NCBI GenBank assembly: GCA_012295275.1
Contig: CM022665.1
Location: 38,874,001 to 38,938,000 of the forward strand
Length of the DNA stretch: 64,000 nucleotides
Direction of reading: 5' to 3'
Origin: Chrysomallon squamiferum
Lineage: Eukaryota; Animalia; Mollusca
Shown: positions 41,169 through 54,720 of the stretch, one piece after another
Position numbering within the stretch: position 1 is the stretch's first letter
Layout: each line of letters opens with the position of its first letter
Notes under the pieces: generated by a model
Databases searched by the model: none
What the model saw: the letters and a program-made list of their open reading frames with translations, nothing else
Told to the model about the DNA's origin: nothing
Position numbers and translations under genes: made by a program

Positions 41169-41614
41169 TCAATATGAGTTGTATCCGCCTCCGTATTGGT
41201 TTCCATATCCGCTTCCGTATCCGCTTCCGTATCCACCTCCGTATCCACCTCCGTATCCTCCGCCATATCCGCCTCCATATCCTCCCAATCCTCCTCCAAA
41301 TCCTCCTTTACCTCCTCCGAAACCTCCCCATCCTCCTCCGTGTCCTCCTTTACCCCCTCCAAATCCTCCCCATCCTCCTCCGTGTCCTCCTTACCACCTC
41401 CAAATCCTCCCCAGCCTCCTCCGTGTCCTCCTCCGAAACCGCCCCATCCACCGCCGTGTCCTCCACCGAAACCTCCCCATCCACCTTTTCCGTATCCGCC
41501 TAAACCTTTATTACCTTTTCCACCGTAATATCCACCAGAGTTTCCATAATAGGTTTGCCCGGCGCAGGCAACAGACAAGCAGATGGCAAGAACGACGAAA
41601 ACAGCTTTCATCAT
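41169..41614 (-). pseudogene. Glycine-rich gene copy 5 with a 1-nt frameshift (pseudogene, chimeric acidic variant, or assembly error)
   Basis: 446 nt versus 453 nt: +3 (extra Gly), -9 (GGY lost) and -1 (CCC to CC at ~41389-41390); also A7V and one G-to-K change; TATA-like box and splice sites retained. Confidence 0.75.
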
Positions 41615-41623
41615 TGTAAAGGG

Positions 41624-41959
41624 CTACGAAAACAGAAGAAGTAAAATGCTAATATTGTTTGATCGCAAACTTCTAGTTAGTCATGTTAACAGAACATTTA
41701 ATTTGATTTGTATAATAGAGATAAAAAATTCATACGTTTGTTGTTTTAAATACGTTATAATTATTTCCGTATTAAATTTTGTTCATTTCCGTTAGAAACA
41801 AATAATAAATAACAATGAATTACGACAATTTAAGCTTTTAGACATTTGTATTACATTAGTAATTTAAAAAATAAATAAAAAAACAAACACTTCACTAGTT
41901 TACTTACTGTGTTGGTTTCGGAATGAATCTAATGTGTTATCTTCCTTCCTCTGTATATA
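41624..41959 (-). promoter_or_regulatory. Copy 5: TATA-like box (TATATACA, 41952-41959), exon 1 and intron 1 (41624-41907)
   Basis: ACACA|GTAAGT donor and TTTCGTAG acceptor conserved. Confidence 0.72.
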
Positions 41960-42278
41960 CACAAAATTTGTTACTTAGATTAGTCGTGGTCTCATTGCAT
42001 GTAACATTTGATTTATGTGAAATTTCTGGGCAAATTGATTGATTTGAAATCTATCAGTTTACTTTGACTCCTTAGTTTATTAAAGATTGATGATAATTAT
42101 TATTATTTCTTGCCCCCTAAAACGGAAAGGATGTTCATTATTCTGTTGATTTACGATTAATTTTCAAAATGGTTTCATCTGCTTTAAAAATGAATAACAG
42201 TTCAATAATATTCAAGTAAATTCATGTTTTTTCTCTATCTGCTTTATGTTTTCTTTTTGTTTCCTTCTTTCTTTCTTT

Positions 42279-42630
42279 TTTCTTAACACGTTGTTACTGT
42301 TATTTATTATTGGTTATTCCAATCGCCATCTTGAAAGCGTAAGGTATGTTTCAATCGTCAAGCACAAGATAAAATCAGCTTTGTACTATTTTATTGAAAT
42401 AATTAGAGTTCAGGACATAGAAGACATGGAACAAGCTTTCGCGGATGTGAAAGACACGATTATTGGGGCATTAAATGGTGAGTGGGGATGAAATGGTAAA
42501 TTCGGTGAAGCATTAGGAGGAGACCACAAAGATTGGATGATGAGATGGATATGGAGACGGATTCGAACGATATGGAGAAAGATACAGGAGTCGATACACG
42601 CCTCCTACTGAAAAACGTCATGAAATATTG
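42279..42630 (+). pseudogene. Decayed head-to-head paralog, unit 5 (truncated before its last exon by the array end)
   Basis: SGHRRHGTSFRGCERHDYWGIKW* ... DGYGDGFERYGERYRSRY; relic stop at 42609-42611. Confidence 0.68.
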
Positions 42631-43287
42631 GTACTAGTCGCTTTGTACTGGATTCTTTTGATTTTACTTTACATCAGTATGCGGTAATGTTTCTTGACTG
42701 TAAATAGTTTGTAGTTTGGTCTGTAAGTTTTCGGTTAAAGATTGTGCATTATATATTCATTAAGGATATTCCCCTACATATAGTTGTGAAATGCTTTTTA
42801 AATTAGGATGTTTGTATATATTGGTGTATATATGTATGTCTATGCTGTTATGTATGTAAGTATTTATTTTTGTGTGTGTGTGTGATGATTTGTGCATGAT
42901 AATTTGTGTATGTTTACTTGAATGTGAATATGTGTATCTTTGTATTTGTTTATATGCATGTGTGTGTATATATATATATATATATAGATGTATATGTATT
43001 TTACGGTTTGTAACTCTTTAAATGTCCTGGTGCGTTGCTCTTTCCATTACTACAATAATTTGTGTTTGTATATTTTGTGCCATGTTTCATATCTGTTACT
43101 AAAACGAAATTACTGCTATAACTATCACTGTTATTACTGTTATTGTTTTGTCTACAACATCTGTTACTTCTAGCATCATCGGCGTCAAAAATATTAACTA
43201 TAGTAGGCCTAGCAGTTCAATAGCATAAGCTGTAGTAGTATATTTATCATTCTTCTTCTTATTGTTATTAATACTGCTTCTATTATA

Positions 43288-43336
<49 letters not shown>

Positions 43337-45196
43337 GTGTTATTATTAGTATGTACATCGTAATCGCATTATTCAATCGGGTATCAATGTCTATCGGGTA
43401 TCTTAACGCTTCTTTCCCAGAATAACCTACTTATCTAAGACCCGGACTGAAACCTGAAATGCACCTTATTTAATTAGCCTCTTTCAGTCTGTTTTATATT
43501 ACCTTGTTCAAAGTTAACGACGTTCCAGTAGCACATAAAAACTGTGTACACGTAATAAAACTCTTTTACACAAACAAAATTACAACTCTTGGCGGTACCA
43601 AACTATATTAAACTGGACTGTTTTGTTTTTATTGCTTTAATGTAACAAGTTGCGTGTATGACAGCGCACCCATTAAGATTTTTTGACGTTTAAATTTTAA
43701 ATAAGATACAACTACATGCGGAGTAGGTCGCACCCGAAAATGTTATCTTTTAATATAAACTGTAAATACCATAAATGAAAAATAAGGTTAATTTCAAAGT
43801 GTAATTATAATTATTAAAAACTATCCTTCTTATTCCCTCCGTATCTAACTCAGTCTCTTTTGTTTTTCTAATTCTTTTCTCTACCTTTCAAACCCATCTT
43901 ATCTTATTGTATTTTATTTTGTTTTGTTTTGGGGGTTTTGTTGTTGTTGTTGTTTTGTTTTGTTTTGTTTGTTGTGTTTTTTTTTTGTTGGTGGTGCTGG
44001 GGTTTTTTAAAAACATTTTAGTTAATATTCAGTATTACTTTAAATTATTTAATTTTTTTTTTCATTATTATTCTTTTTCCACTTTTCTTTATTAGCCATA
44101 TTTATATTAATACAAGAACCTTTCAAATCAAGAGATATGGAAAAAAAAGCAAACAAAAAGCATAGATTTAAAAATGGACAAAGACAGAAGCAAAAAACCA
44201 CATCTCTCCTATTATTTTTGCAACTGTGTAATTCTCCAGCAATACGACCCGCATTCTAATACTTGAATTCTATTCACAATTATTTCTCCAAATCCTTCCT
44301 GGCAAAGTTTAAAAAGTAACAAGAGACGTTATAATTGGAATCCTTTTTTTTTTCTAAGCTATGGCGATCTTGGCTCCGGTTGTCTTGGCTGTCTAACGAA
44401 GACACATCCGGGTTCTTGAGACCGAACTGATGATCACTTCAGACATGATTTGGTTTCTGTGCGGTTCACCTGCGAATCGTTGGCTGTTTCAACTGGGATT
44501 TTTAATTCGATATATCGAAACATTGTCTCTGGTAGATTAATGATCAGGCACTGACCAGGGATTAACCGGATCATCTCTTCAAGCTTTCCAGACGTCCTTT
44601 TTTTTTTTTTTTTTTTAACCAGTGACGATCTCCAATTAGCGGCCATTGTCCTCTTTTTCAAAACCAGGAAGACACGAATCCTTTCGCTTTCGATGGTGAG
44701 GGTGAAAAAGTTCTTCGTGTCACGATGGTGAGAGGAGATTATCCAGCATTAGCTTCTAATGTATTGACTAGGGCAATGTATATGAGTAACATATCTGATT
44801 AATGTATGGATTCTGATCATTTTTATTATTCAGATGATGGTATGAGACGTCATCATTTTCTTCTTTGTACAAATACCGTCATCATCTTAACTGTCATTAC
44901 TGTTGCAAACAAGGTTATAGCGTCATCATCATTTTTTTTTATATCTCACAGCATTTAAATTGCTATTTTCTTTATGATTATTATTGAAACAAATAAAGAG
45001 TTGTTCGGTATCATCATAATTTTTGTTATCATTTCACTATCTAATGAAAATGAATCATATTATCATCATAAGAATAAAGCTTGGGCTTCTTCTCGTAATA
45101 AACTCAACGGAGAAAATTGAATTTATTTTAATAAAAGTTTTAGTAGAACGTAAGGAATATGTCACTGTCATTTAAGCAGTCAGATATATTTAATTT

Positions 45197-45199
<3 letters not shown>

Positions 45200-45271
<72 letters not shown>
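45200..45271. repeat. (CT)n microsatellite
   Basis: Direct reading; source of the ER/SL-repeat ORFs. Confidence 0.95.
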
Positions 45272-45273
<2 letters not shown>

Positions 45274-45830
45274 TTTCCCTCTCCCACACACTCTCCCTTT
45301 TCCTCTCTCTTTCTAACTGCCCTGAATTTGTATCTACCACTTATTTCTCTTTTATCCACTTTAAGCTCCATTATTAAAGCTATCAAGTCGATCAAGAACT
45401 TATATCAGTTGCAGTGTTTGCTCCGAAGCTGTGGCGAAGCGACCTTGTCAATAACACTGCATTTACAATAAACGTTTACTGAAACTATAGAGCACTTTAC
45501 TGATAAGTTTTTAAACCCTCGCAACTATCAGAAATATTTTGAAGACGACCTTAAATCTTAAAATTAATAGTTTCTATCTCAAAGAATATGAAAATATACG
45601 AGCTTTACATAAAATGTGAACAATTTTTTATTAGTTTATAGTGTGAGATATCCACAGTGCACCCACTGTAAATGAATTAAAGATCATTGTGTTTGCTTTC
45701 CTATTTAAGAGAAGGTATATATGAAACAAATTTTTATTGCTAATCGGTTAAAACCTCCAAATTATAATAGCAACTTTTCTTCTGCTCGTTATAATTATAA
45801 AAAAAAAAATATTCTTCATGTTAATGTTTG

Positions 45831-45883
<53 letters not shown>

Positions 45884-46475
45884 ATACAAATATAATATTA
45901 CAAATCAGCAATCGCCAGATAACTTTAAATAATTGCAATACAAAAAGACTGGTTCAATCAAAATGTTCTTCCTAAAGAGCGTAACGATTTGCGATATTAG
46001 TTTATCATCATGGCGCCCACGATAACACAGAAATGGCAGACGTGCGGTCCCACAATGCAATTGGAAATGTTGCGCCTGATTTCCTCCCATTCACTGGCTA
46101 AATTGGCTCTGTGTCTGATTGACAGCTAGTGCCAATTAAACGGATTCTCATTGATAAAGTGGCACTAGCAATGATATCATCAAATTTTTATACACTATCA
46201 ACTATTAACGTCAATTCACGAAACTGAGGAATAATTAAGCCGAAAATAGCAACTTTCTGAACATCAGTGATTATCTCATCTGATGTTTTCTCTTTATTTT
46301 TTCTCTATGATCAGCTATTTTAAATTATTTATTTTGAAAAAATCTCCTTCTTTCTAAATTTTATATTCGTTGTACATTTTTTATTATTATTATTTGTTTT
46401 AATTTGTATTACTATTTTCACGAGAGTTTTATTATTTTGTCTAAAATATCGAAATAGAAAGAAAATAAACACAAC

Positions 46476-46483
46476 ACTACTAT

Positions 46484-46524
<41 letters not shown>

Positions 46525-46595
46525 TTACTACTACTACTAACTACTACTACTACTACTATTACTATTACTACTACTATTATTATTATTATTATTAC

Positions 46596-46637
<42 letters not shown>

Positions 46638-46640
46638 GGT
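46476..46640. repeat. (CTA)n/(ATT)n compound microsatellite
   Basis: Direct reading. Confidence 0.9.
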
Positions 46641-46962
46641 TATGGAAGCAACGACTTCTATTTGACAAAGGCCCAGATAATCTTGGTTAGTGTACAGTGA
46701 TGTATAATTATGTATGTTCATACGTTTTTGTCATATTATCAAGATTAACCTTGATAGGTTCGAATATCTTGACCGGCCTCAAACACTGGGTATAGTGACC
46801 TTAAATTACCAATATTATATCAGCTAATCGTGGTGCATTACTGAATCTCTTGAATTTGCAACTAAACAAAATTGTCAGTATAATATGATTTAAAAAAATA
46901 ATAAAAATAGTCTTCTGAAGTTCAGTTTGGTGGTTATGATAACGTTGTGGTAGTGGTGGGTT

Positions 46963-46995
<33 letters not shown>

Positions 46996-47232
46996 TTTCT
47001 AAATATAATGAACATAATCATTCAGTACTGCTGTTTTATGGTCATCGTGGTCAACACCGTCATTATAACCATCATCATCTTCCTTATTATTATTATTAAC
47101 GTCATCATCATAATCATAATCACTATCATCTTCTTCATTATTAGTGTTCTTTTTCTTGTTCCACCATATCATAGCCATCGTCTTCATTATGATTATTATA
47201 ATTTAATATCATCATCATCATCTTCATCTTCA

Positions 47233-47297
<65 letters not shown>

Positions 47298-49330
47298 GAA
47301 ATAAGAAATGCTCTTAATGACACCACGGCTATCAGATGATGTCCGATAATATTTTACCTTGACCTACGTAATAATGTAGCTCTATCTTGGCAGGTCAACT
47401 TGACACAGGGAACAAGATATTCTCAATGAATTTGAATGTAACGATAACGTAACTGACACATATAAAACTTTAGATTAATACATATTCACGTTTTCAAAAC
47501 ATATATTTGTTCTGGTGGTTTGTTTTTGTTGTTTTTTTTTTGGTTGCTTTACTGGGTTTTTTGTTTGTTGTTGTTGTTTTGGTGGGGTTTTTGTTCTGTT
47601 GTTGTTTATTTTGTTTTTGTTTTTGTTTTTTGTGCTTTTTTCTTATATATGTGTGTGTTTTTTTTTATTATTATTGTGTGTTTGAATATCTGATTTTTAT
47701 TGTTGTTGTTGTTGTTGCTGCTGTTGATATGCATGCAATATTTAAGTACTAAAAATATACGTGTGTTGTTTAATTATTAATTGTTTTATTTAATTTACAT
47801 TAATTAATTTCATAACTGCATCTATTTTACGCTTACAGCATATGAAATCATAGAATTTTACTAAACTGACATACCTTGATATAAATATATTTCTCAGTAT
47901 AGTATAATTAATTTATTCAATGACTTTAATTATCGAAATTAAACCACAAAATTAACCCATTAAACTAGGACTCGGTATAATTTAACCCCCAAAAAAAGAA
48001 GAAGAAAAAAAAAATAGTATTTCACTGAAACTCTCCTTAATTCATTATTGTCTATCACTGTGTCAGTGGGTCAGATATATATTTATGAATGTACACCTTC
48101 AGGCAGTTTGTCGACATCTTGCTATGCCTTGTTCAGCAACATGTCAAAAAGCATATCTCTATCAATGATTATGTACAAAGTCTGCATGTCGTAATGAGTA
48201 AGTGCGATATCAGTGCCTCTTGTGTTGATAAATGTATCTAAATCAGTACCCTTGGACAATGCTTTTCCAACAGCTAAGAGGTTCATTTAGGTCGGGTTTA
48301 GGTGTCCTTATAGTCTACTTTTGGGCCGATCAAGTACGGATGAGGTTATTCATCAGCCCATTAAAAAGCCAACCTTGAACGTATACAGTATACGTTTGTA
48401 TTGCAGAGGTAACGATGCTCAAAATCTGATTGACATAATCTCATGTTTCTAACATATCAACACCTTTTCATTGTTCTTTGACAAGTCATTGAGATATATA
48501 TGCGCTATTGTGCTGTGTTAATAAATTTGATGAGAAAATGATTTATGCATTCAGCCAAATATGGATTTTTATTTTTAACAGTTATCGGCTGTTGAGATAT
48601 TTTGTATAATGATAATTACACGAGAGATTATGATTTGTTTTTATTGATTAGGAAGCAAAAGATCTTTTCTTTCAGATTCTCCGAACGTGTGAAATGTACG
48701 AAAAACTTGCGAAAAATCTGTTTAGAATGAGAAACAGTTTTACTTATGCACCGTTAGAGGAACCCGACGCACTTAAATATCGACTTCAGATTACTCGACG
48801 AAAGAAATGTTTTATAGTTTTCCTCTTCTTCTGCGTCTTAATAAAAGATTTAAAATGTCATTAATATACGCTTAAGAAAAACGTATTTAAAATTTTCAAA
48901 AATAATATAAGTTATTTTGAATGGAAATTTTTTTTTGTGCTGTAGAAATGATATTTTGTTTTATGTTTATTATTCTGCACGATAATTTTATACAGATTTG
49001 TTGGGGGTTTTGTATCTCGTACTGTGTCTCTTTATGTATCCTAATTTAAAATATTATTAGATACATTACAAAAAAATAAAAAATTAAAATCATATGTCAA
49101 GTCATTTATTCCAAACATACCATGTGATAATGTAATCACTGTTGTATCATCATAATTATTTATGTTTTATCATGTCATACTATTTTATTGAATTATACCA
49201 TATACAATTCCATATTATACATTATTATGCTAAGCCATATATAAAACAATACAGCATAAATGAATACAGCTTAATGACATTAAACCAACAGGAAAAGAAG
49301 AGAGGAAACAAAGAGATACAAAAACTGAGA

Positions 49331-49433
<103 letters not shown>

Positions 49434-50037
49434 GCTGACTGGAAATGAAAGACAGAGAAATCGTGAGAGAATGAGAGAAAGTAATCTGCACCACCAAACT
49501 CAGCTGGAATTCAGTTTTATCTAAACAGTGACTCAATCATGAAGCGTTACTCCGAAATCTCTTTTCTTTTTTTCTTTACTTTTAAAGTGAAGTGTTGAAG
49601 TCTAATATTGGTTTATACAAATTACAATAATTTTGTTTTTGTGCCAGTATTGATACTGAGCTAGTGAGGAGAATTTGAACAAGGGGAACTGAATTCCCTG
49701 TCACTGCTGATATAAATGATTGACAGCTAAGGGAAATCGACATCGATATCTCCAGCCTCGTTCTCATTACAGCAAATAGTCCCTGTCAGAAAGAATGGGT
49801 TTGTATTTGACTTTTAGATAATTGATGTTGATATGGAATGAAAACGAACTCCAAAAGAATTTCTATTCTTTTTTTTTTTTTTTTTTTTAAGAGAAAAGAA
49901 GCAGTTTTTTAAAATGTAATTGGATTAAAGGAAATTGAAAGAAATTATTGCATTTGTATTGTATTATTTTAAAATGTTTTATTACTGTTGTCGTTATTGT
50001 TATTGTTATTGTTATTGTTATTGTTATTATTATTATG

Positions 50038-50082
<45 letters not shown>

Positions 50083-50706
50083 TCAGTGATAGTATTATTT
50101 CTATTTATATTGTTTACATTTGATTTTTTGAATTAAATTATTTATTTATATTATTAGTTTCTTTAGTAATTTAGTTTTAATTCCTGTTTATTTATACTTT
50201 GAGCTTTATTTTGTTATATATATAGATATATATTATTTATTTTATTATTTTTTATAATTTTCTTAATTTATTATTTTTATATTATATTATCTCTTTCTTT
50301 TTTTAATTATTATTTATTACTTTTATTTATTTATTATTTTTTAATATTATATTGCATATTAATAATTGATTTATATATCTCTTCATTTGAGTCTTTGTAT
50401 TATTATTGTTGTTGCTATTTTTCTTTTAACATTACTTTCATTATGATTTTTTTCTTTTATTATTTTATTCTTATTTTTATTTATTTATTTATTATATAAC
50501 ATTTTATATTATTTTAACTTTAATTTTTTTTAATAAATTTATTTCATTGTTTTGGGTTTTTTTCTCAGTTTTATTTTTATTAATATATTATATCTCTATT
50601 TATATTGCAATACAGATAACCAACAAACCAACATGGCTTTACATTTTTTATATTTTGCTTTTTTATTCTTTTTGCTTTTGCTTTTTTGTTTTTCCTCCAT
50701 TTCTTT

Positions 50707-50737
<31 letters not shown>

Positions 50738-50825
50738 GTGGTGGCTTGGATTTTGTTTGGTGGAGTTGTGTATTGTTGTTTTTTTATTGGATTTTATGGG
50801 ATTGCTGATTTTATATTTATGTGAG

Positions 50826-50857
<32 letters not shown>

Positions 50858-50927
50858 AAATTTCTTTATCAATCTAAACCATTTCTTTCAACAAAAAAAC
50901 AACAACAAAAAAACAAAAACAAAAACG

Positions 50928-50933
50928 ATTACG

Positions 50934-50965
<32 letters not shown>

Positions 50966-50972
50966 TATTACG

Positions 50973-51033
<61 letters not shown>

Positions 51034-51093
51034 TACGTTAATTCAAAAAAAAAAAAAAAAAAAAACAACTATTACGTTAATTTAAAAAAAAAA
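50928..51093 (+). repeat. Tandem repeat of ATTACGTTAATT(T/C) + oligo(A), 4 copies
   Basis: Motif at 50928, 50967, 51032 and 51071, each followed by an A run of different length. Confidence 0.9.
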
Positions 51094-51798
51094 TTAAATT
51101 AAATTAAATGATATAAAACGCGCAGTGAGGCCAGACGGTGCAGCTCCACCCACAACGCGAAAACTCCCGCCCCAAAATCAACACAACAACAGGTGCACTG
51201 CCAATTTGTTCCCTCTATAATGATAAGTAAACGGTGTAAGCAGAGACTGACATATTTGGTGAATATTGATGATGTCGGTATGAAATCCCATGGTATAATG
51301 TTGCTTTATTTCCTTCAACAAATGAACACGAATGAAGAGAGAAAATATTTACATAAACCAACAAGATCAGAAGAACTCTCGGTAAAACGTAAAATAGAGA
51401 GAGAGAAAAAAAAAAAACGTGTTTGCTCGATGATGTTGTTTTTACACAGATGCAGTCGTTAACAGGCATGAGGTAGATCTGTAAAAATTAAAATTTCGAA
51501 ATGGTAATGCTGCCAATTAACTTGTTTTAATTAATATTTAGTGTCCGTGTAAAGAAACAAAATTATTATTATTATTATTATATCGTTGTTTGTTGTGTTA
51601 TTTTTGTTCTTATTATTTTAAATAACATTTACACATTCATTACTTCACATACATGAACATACACATGCCTTAAAGCATCTATATGCCTACAAGCATCTAT
51701 ACATACCTAAATACATACATAAATACATATACACATATAAATATATATAACTCTACATTACCTACACATGTATATACATACAAACATACATACGTACC

Positions 51799-51842
<44 letters not shown>

Positions 51843-53593
51843 TATATATAACTCCACTACGCCACTTGTGCAACATGGTACACAACACTTATCTTCGAAA
51901 TTCAAAACACATGTCTCTTTTATTTGTAACCTGTCAAACTGAAACAATCACACAAGTACTTACGCTGGCGACACATTTACAACGTGACCTATGTCACCTT
52001 CAAGATGGCGCTACAATCGATGCGCCATAAATTACGTGCAATTACCCGCCACGGGCGGTCGTGACGAAGGTGCACGAGATCGCGAAGGTAAGACCGAGTT
52101 TTCACCAAGGTGCTAACTGGAAGAATAACAGTCGTCACCGTATTGTAAAACACGTCGATACGTTTGACGCGTCCGTACACTTTGATCATCTCCGCCCGAC
52201 ACCTCTTTGATTCGAGTCGTTTGATGACTGGTGTCACGTGATCTGTGATGTCATCATAAGGCACCAGAAGGGTCAGTTAAAGTGTCAAGGAATCCTGGTA
52301 CCATGTGGTTTTAATTGTTACTTTTTGTGTTTTTTTTTAAATACAAAATTATATTTGATTCTTTTTTCTTTTTCTTTTGTTTTGTTTCTATTGTTACCAT
52401 TATTATCATCATCATCATCATCATCATAATCATCGCCACTGACATCATTATTTTTAACAGTATTTATAATAGCAGTATGGTAGCTGTTTTTATTACTATT
52501 GTCTAATGGGTTTGCTTAATTCAGTATAAAATGTGTATTTTTGTTGTTATTTAGGGGTAGGGTTCTTGCGGGTGGTGTGTTACAGTTTCGTATTGCAGTG
52601 TTACAGTTGGTTTGTTTGTTTGTTTGTTTGTTTTTGTTTGTTGTATTTTGTGAGTTTTTTAGGGGTATCTTTGTTGGCTTTTTTTTGTTGTTGTTTTTGT
52701 TTGCTTGTTGTTTTCTTTTTGTTTTTGTTTGTTTTGTTTTTTGTTATTTTTTGTTTTTTTTGGGGGGGTAATGTTGCATGGCTAATTTTTATTGCATATT
52801 GTTGTTAATTATATTTGTTTTTCATTTATTTATTTATTTGTCTATTTGTTTATTTATTTATTTATTTTCAAATTACACTACACAAAAGTAGAATAAATTC
52901 AATAAAATACAACACAATATTAAACGCTAATTGTTTAGTTAAATATTAACTTTTCAAAAATTACTCACTCATTGTAATCGTTCTCCGAATTTGACGAATT
53001 TCGATGGATGGAAAAAAAAACACCCAAAACAGCCACCACCACTTCACCTGTGAAGAGCAGTAAAGAAAACATCATTTGCATTTGGAGATAATCGGATAAT
53101 CCCTAACCCAGACTCAGCTGGGGAGCTTCATCCCCCTAAGCGTTGCACCTGTATCTGAACACACCTACCCCAGGCTCTGCACCTGTGTATGTTTTCATAA
53201 AGCGCAGAGATGCACAAGTTATCGTATTCATTTATTGTTCACGAATTTCTATATCAATGTCAAGGGAAACGATTGTGTTTAGGAAACAGTAGTCATTGTT
53301 ACTACAGTTTTAATAAAGAAAACACAGAACCAGCAGTGAGGAGAAGATTTTATATCATTTATAAAGTAACGTCCCATGGTTACTAAAAAAAATAATAATA
53401 GTATTGAGTTATATGTTTACAGAGATGATGAAACTAATTAATGCGTTCTTTAATAATAAAATATGTCTGAGAAATGAGAATAAGGTAATAATTCTCCGTC
53501 AAATTTCCACTTACTTGGAAATGTGTTTATTCATTCGCTGATTAAGTTATATATTAATACAATAAAAAAAAAAAAAAATTATTATGTATTCTC

Positions 53594-53658
<65 letters not shown>

Positions 53659-54391
53659 TATGTCTGTTTATTTATTTAATTTTATTGTTATAAGTAAATA
53701 TAAGCCAATATTATATTAATACTTTCATGAAATTATCTATTTAATTATTTATTTAATTATTTAATTGTATTGCTGTTATTTTTAAATAAATGCCTATATG
53801 ACTATATTGACATTTTTTGATATTATTAACTATATAATTTCTTTCTTTCTTTCTTTCTTTCTTTCTTTATTTCTTTATTTCTTTATTTATGTATTTATGC
53901 AGTTATGTATTTTTTAAATTTTTTTATTTATTTATTTATTTATGTATTTTTATTTATTTATTTGTGTATTTATTTTTTATTTATTACAAAGATATAAACT
54001 GAAATTAAAATTTCAATACTTCATTAATTAAGGCCTAATAAATTCATTAATTAACAAATAACTAATTAATGTTTTTAAATAAACTGAAGGTATGGCACAT
54101 CCTGCATTTAAAATATACCTTCTAGTATTGCCATTAGAACTGTATGACAAATAACTGCATTGTCTATTCGTACACGAAACAGGAAATGTATTGTGTTTAG
54201 TCGAGACATTACGGTATTATCGGGTGTATTGTCAGTAACGTACGGTAATTTATTTCTTAAATAGTGATGTCATCATGATGTTGTCATTATTTTAAAATTA
54301 AAGCGAGTTTTAATTTTTATTGTTATTATTATTATTTTTTTATTGCTGTCGTTGTTGTTGTTATTGTTATTATTACTACTGCTACAACTAC

Positions 54392-54427
<36 letters not shown>

Positions 54428-54461
<34 letters not shown>

Positions 54462-54636
54462 CTTATTGATTGATTGATTGATGTATTTATTTATTTATTT
54501 ATTTTATATTTTTATTTATTTACTTATTTATTGATTGATTCATTGATGTATTTATTTATTTATTTATTTTTTTATGTATTTATTTATTTATTTATTTAAT
54601 TTATTTATATATTTATTTATTTATTTATTGATGTAT

Positions 54637-54718
<82 letters not shown>
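54428..54718. repeat. (ATTT)n/(ATTG)n microsatellite
   Basis: Direct reading. Confidence 0.92.

Positions 54719-54720
<2 letters not shown>

Larger units (their letters stand above)
25000..42810. repeat. Tandem segmental array of ~3.8-3.9 kb units (5 Gly-rich genes, 5 inverted relics, 4 full spacers)
   Basis: Stop-to-stop spacings are 3774, 3897, 3914 and 3915 bp; spacers, introns and microsatellites align between units. Outer boundaries are approximate. Confidence 0.95.

Noticed and set aside
51989-52264. 91-aa minus-strand ORF in the CpG island
   Set aside because: No recognisable domain or splice context; ORFs of this length are common in GC-richer blocks
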